Assembly (NCBI GenBank): GCA_048268245.1
Contig: JBLWVX010000046.1
Location: 1-16,433 of the forward strand
Direction of reading: 5' to 3'
DNA from: Arcobacteraceae bacterium
Lineage (GTDB): Bacteria; Campylobacterota; Campylobacteria; Campylobacterales; Arcobacteraceae
Length of the DNA stretch: 16,433 bases
Positions 16,288-16,433 of this stretch are shown here, piece after piece. The first letter of the stretch is position 1; each line of letters begins with the position of its first letter. Made by a program: the position numbers and the translations under genes. Under the pieces are notes generated by a model. The model saw only the letters and a program-made list of their open reading frames with translations. It had not been told where the DNA came from and did no database searches.

Positions 16288-16293
16288 ATTGTA
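16288..16293 (-). promoter_or_regulatory. Putative -10 (TACAAT) of the tolC-adaptor-RND operon
   Basis: TACAAT on the minus strand, 29 nt upstream of the tolC ATG. Confidence 0.45.
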
Positions 16294-16433
16294 CTTAATT
16301 TATATAAAAAGAAATGTTAAAAACCAAAAGAAATAACATAAATAAAAGTTATATATAAAAGCCTTATAATAAGGATAAACTATTATTATATTAGTTCTAA
16401 TATTATTTGAATATCTTATATATTTAATGGTAA

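Noticed and set aside
1..16433. CRISPR array, tRNA/rRNA, IS/transposase, prophage or defence genes
   Set aside because: No regularly spaced repeats, GC-rich structural RNA or mobile-element motifs were seen.

Overview
AT-rich window whose gene content and order look like a Campylobacterota (probably Arcobacteraceae) chromosome. Positions 251-7941 (+) are a core housekeeping block: rplI-hslV-hslU, a small receiver-domain-like ORF, tatD, rlpA, hisB, kdsC, lptC, lptA, engB/yihA and a short ArgA-type GNAT. From about 7942 the region looks accessory and stress/redox related. It holds a DUF3050-like pseudogene, an NnrS-family gene under a perfect FNR/Nss box plus a Fur-like box, and, on the minus strand, TolC - short periplasmic adaptor - an RND permease encoded as two half-genes - TlpA-like redoxin - AhpD/CMD-like protein - small orphan. 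The most notable points are (1) an apparently evolved split RND pump with an atypical adaptor, (2) tatD with no canonical start codon (ATT start), (3) a multi-stem, switch-like leader before rlpA, (4) a stand-alone atypical receiver domain and (5) dual regulator boxes at nnrS. No rRNA, tRNA, CRISPR or IS element was seen. All family assignments come from motif recognition by eye; no database search was run.
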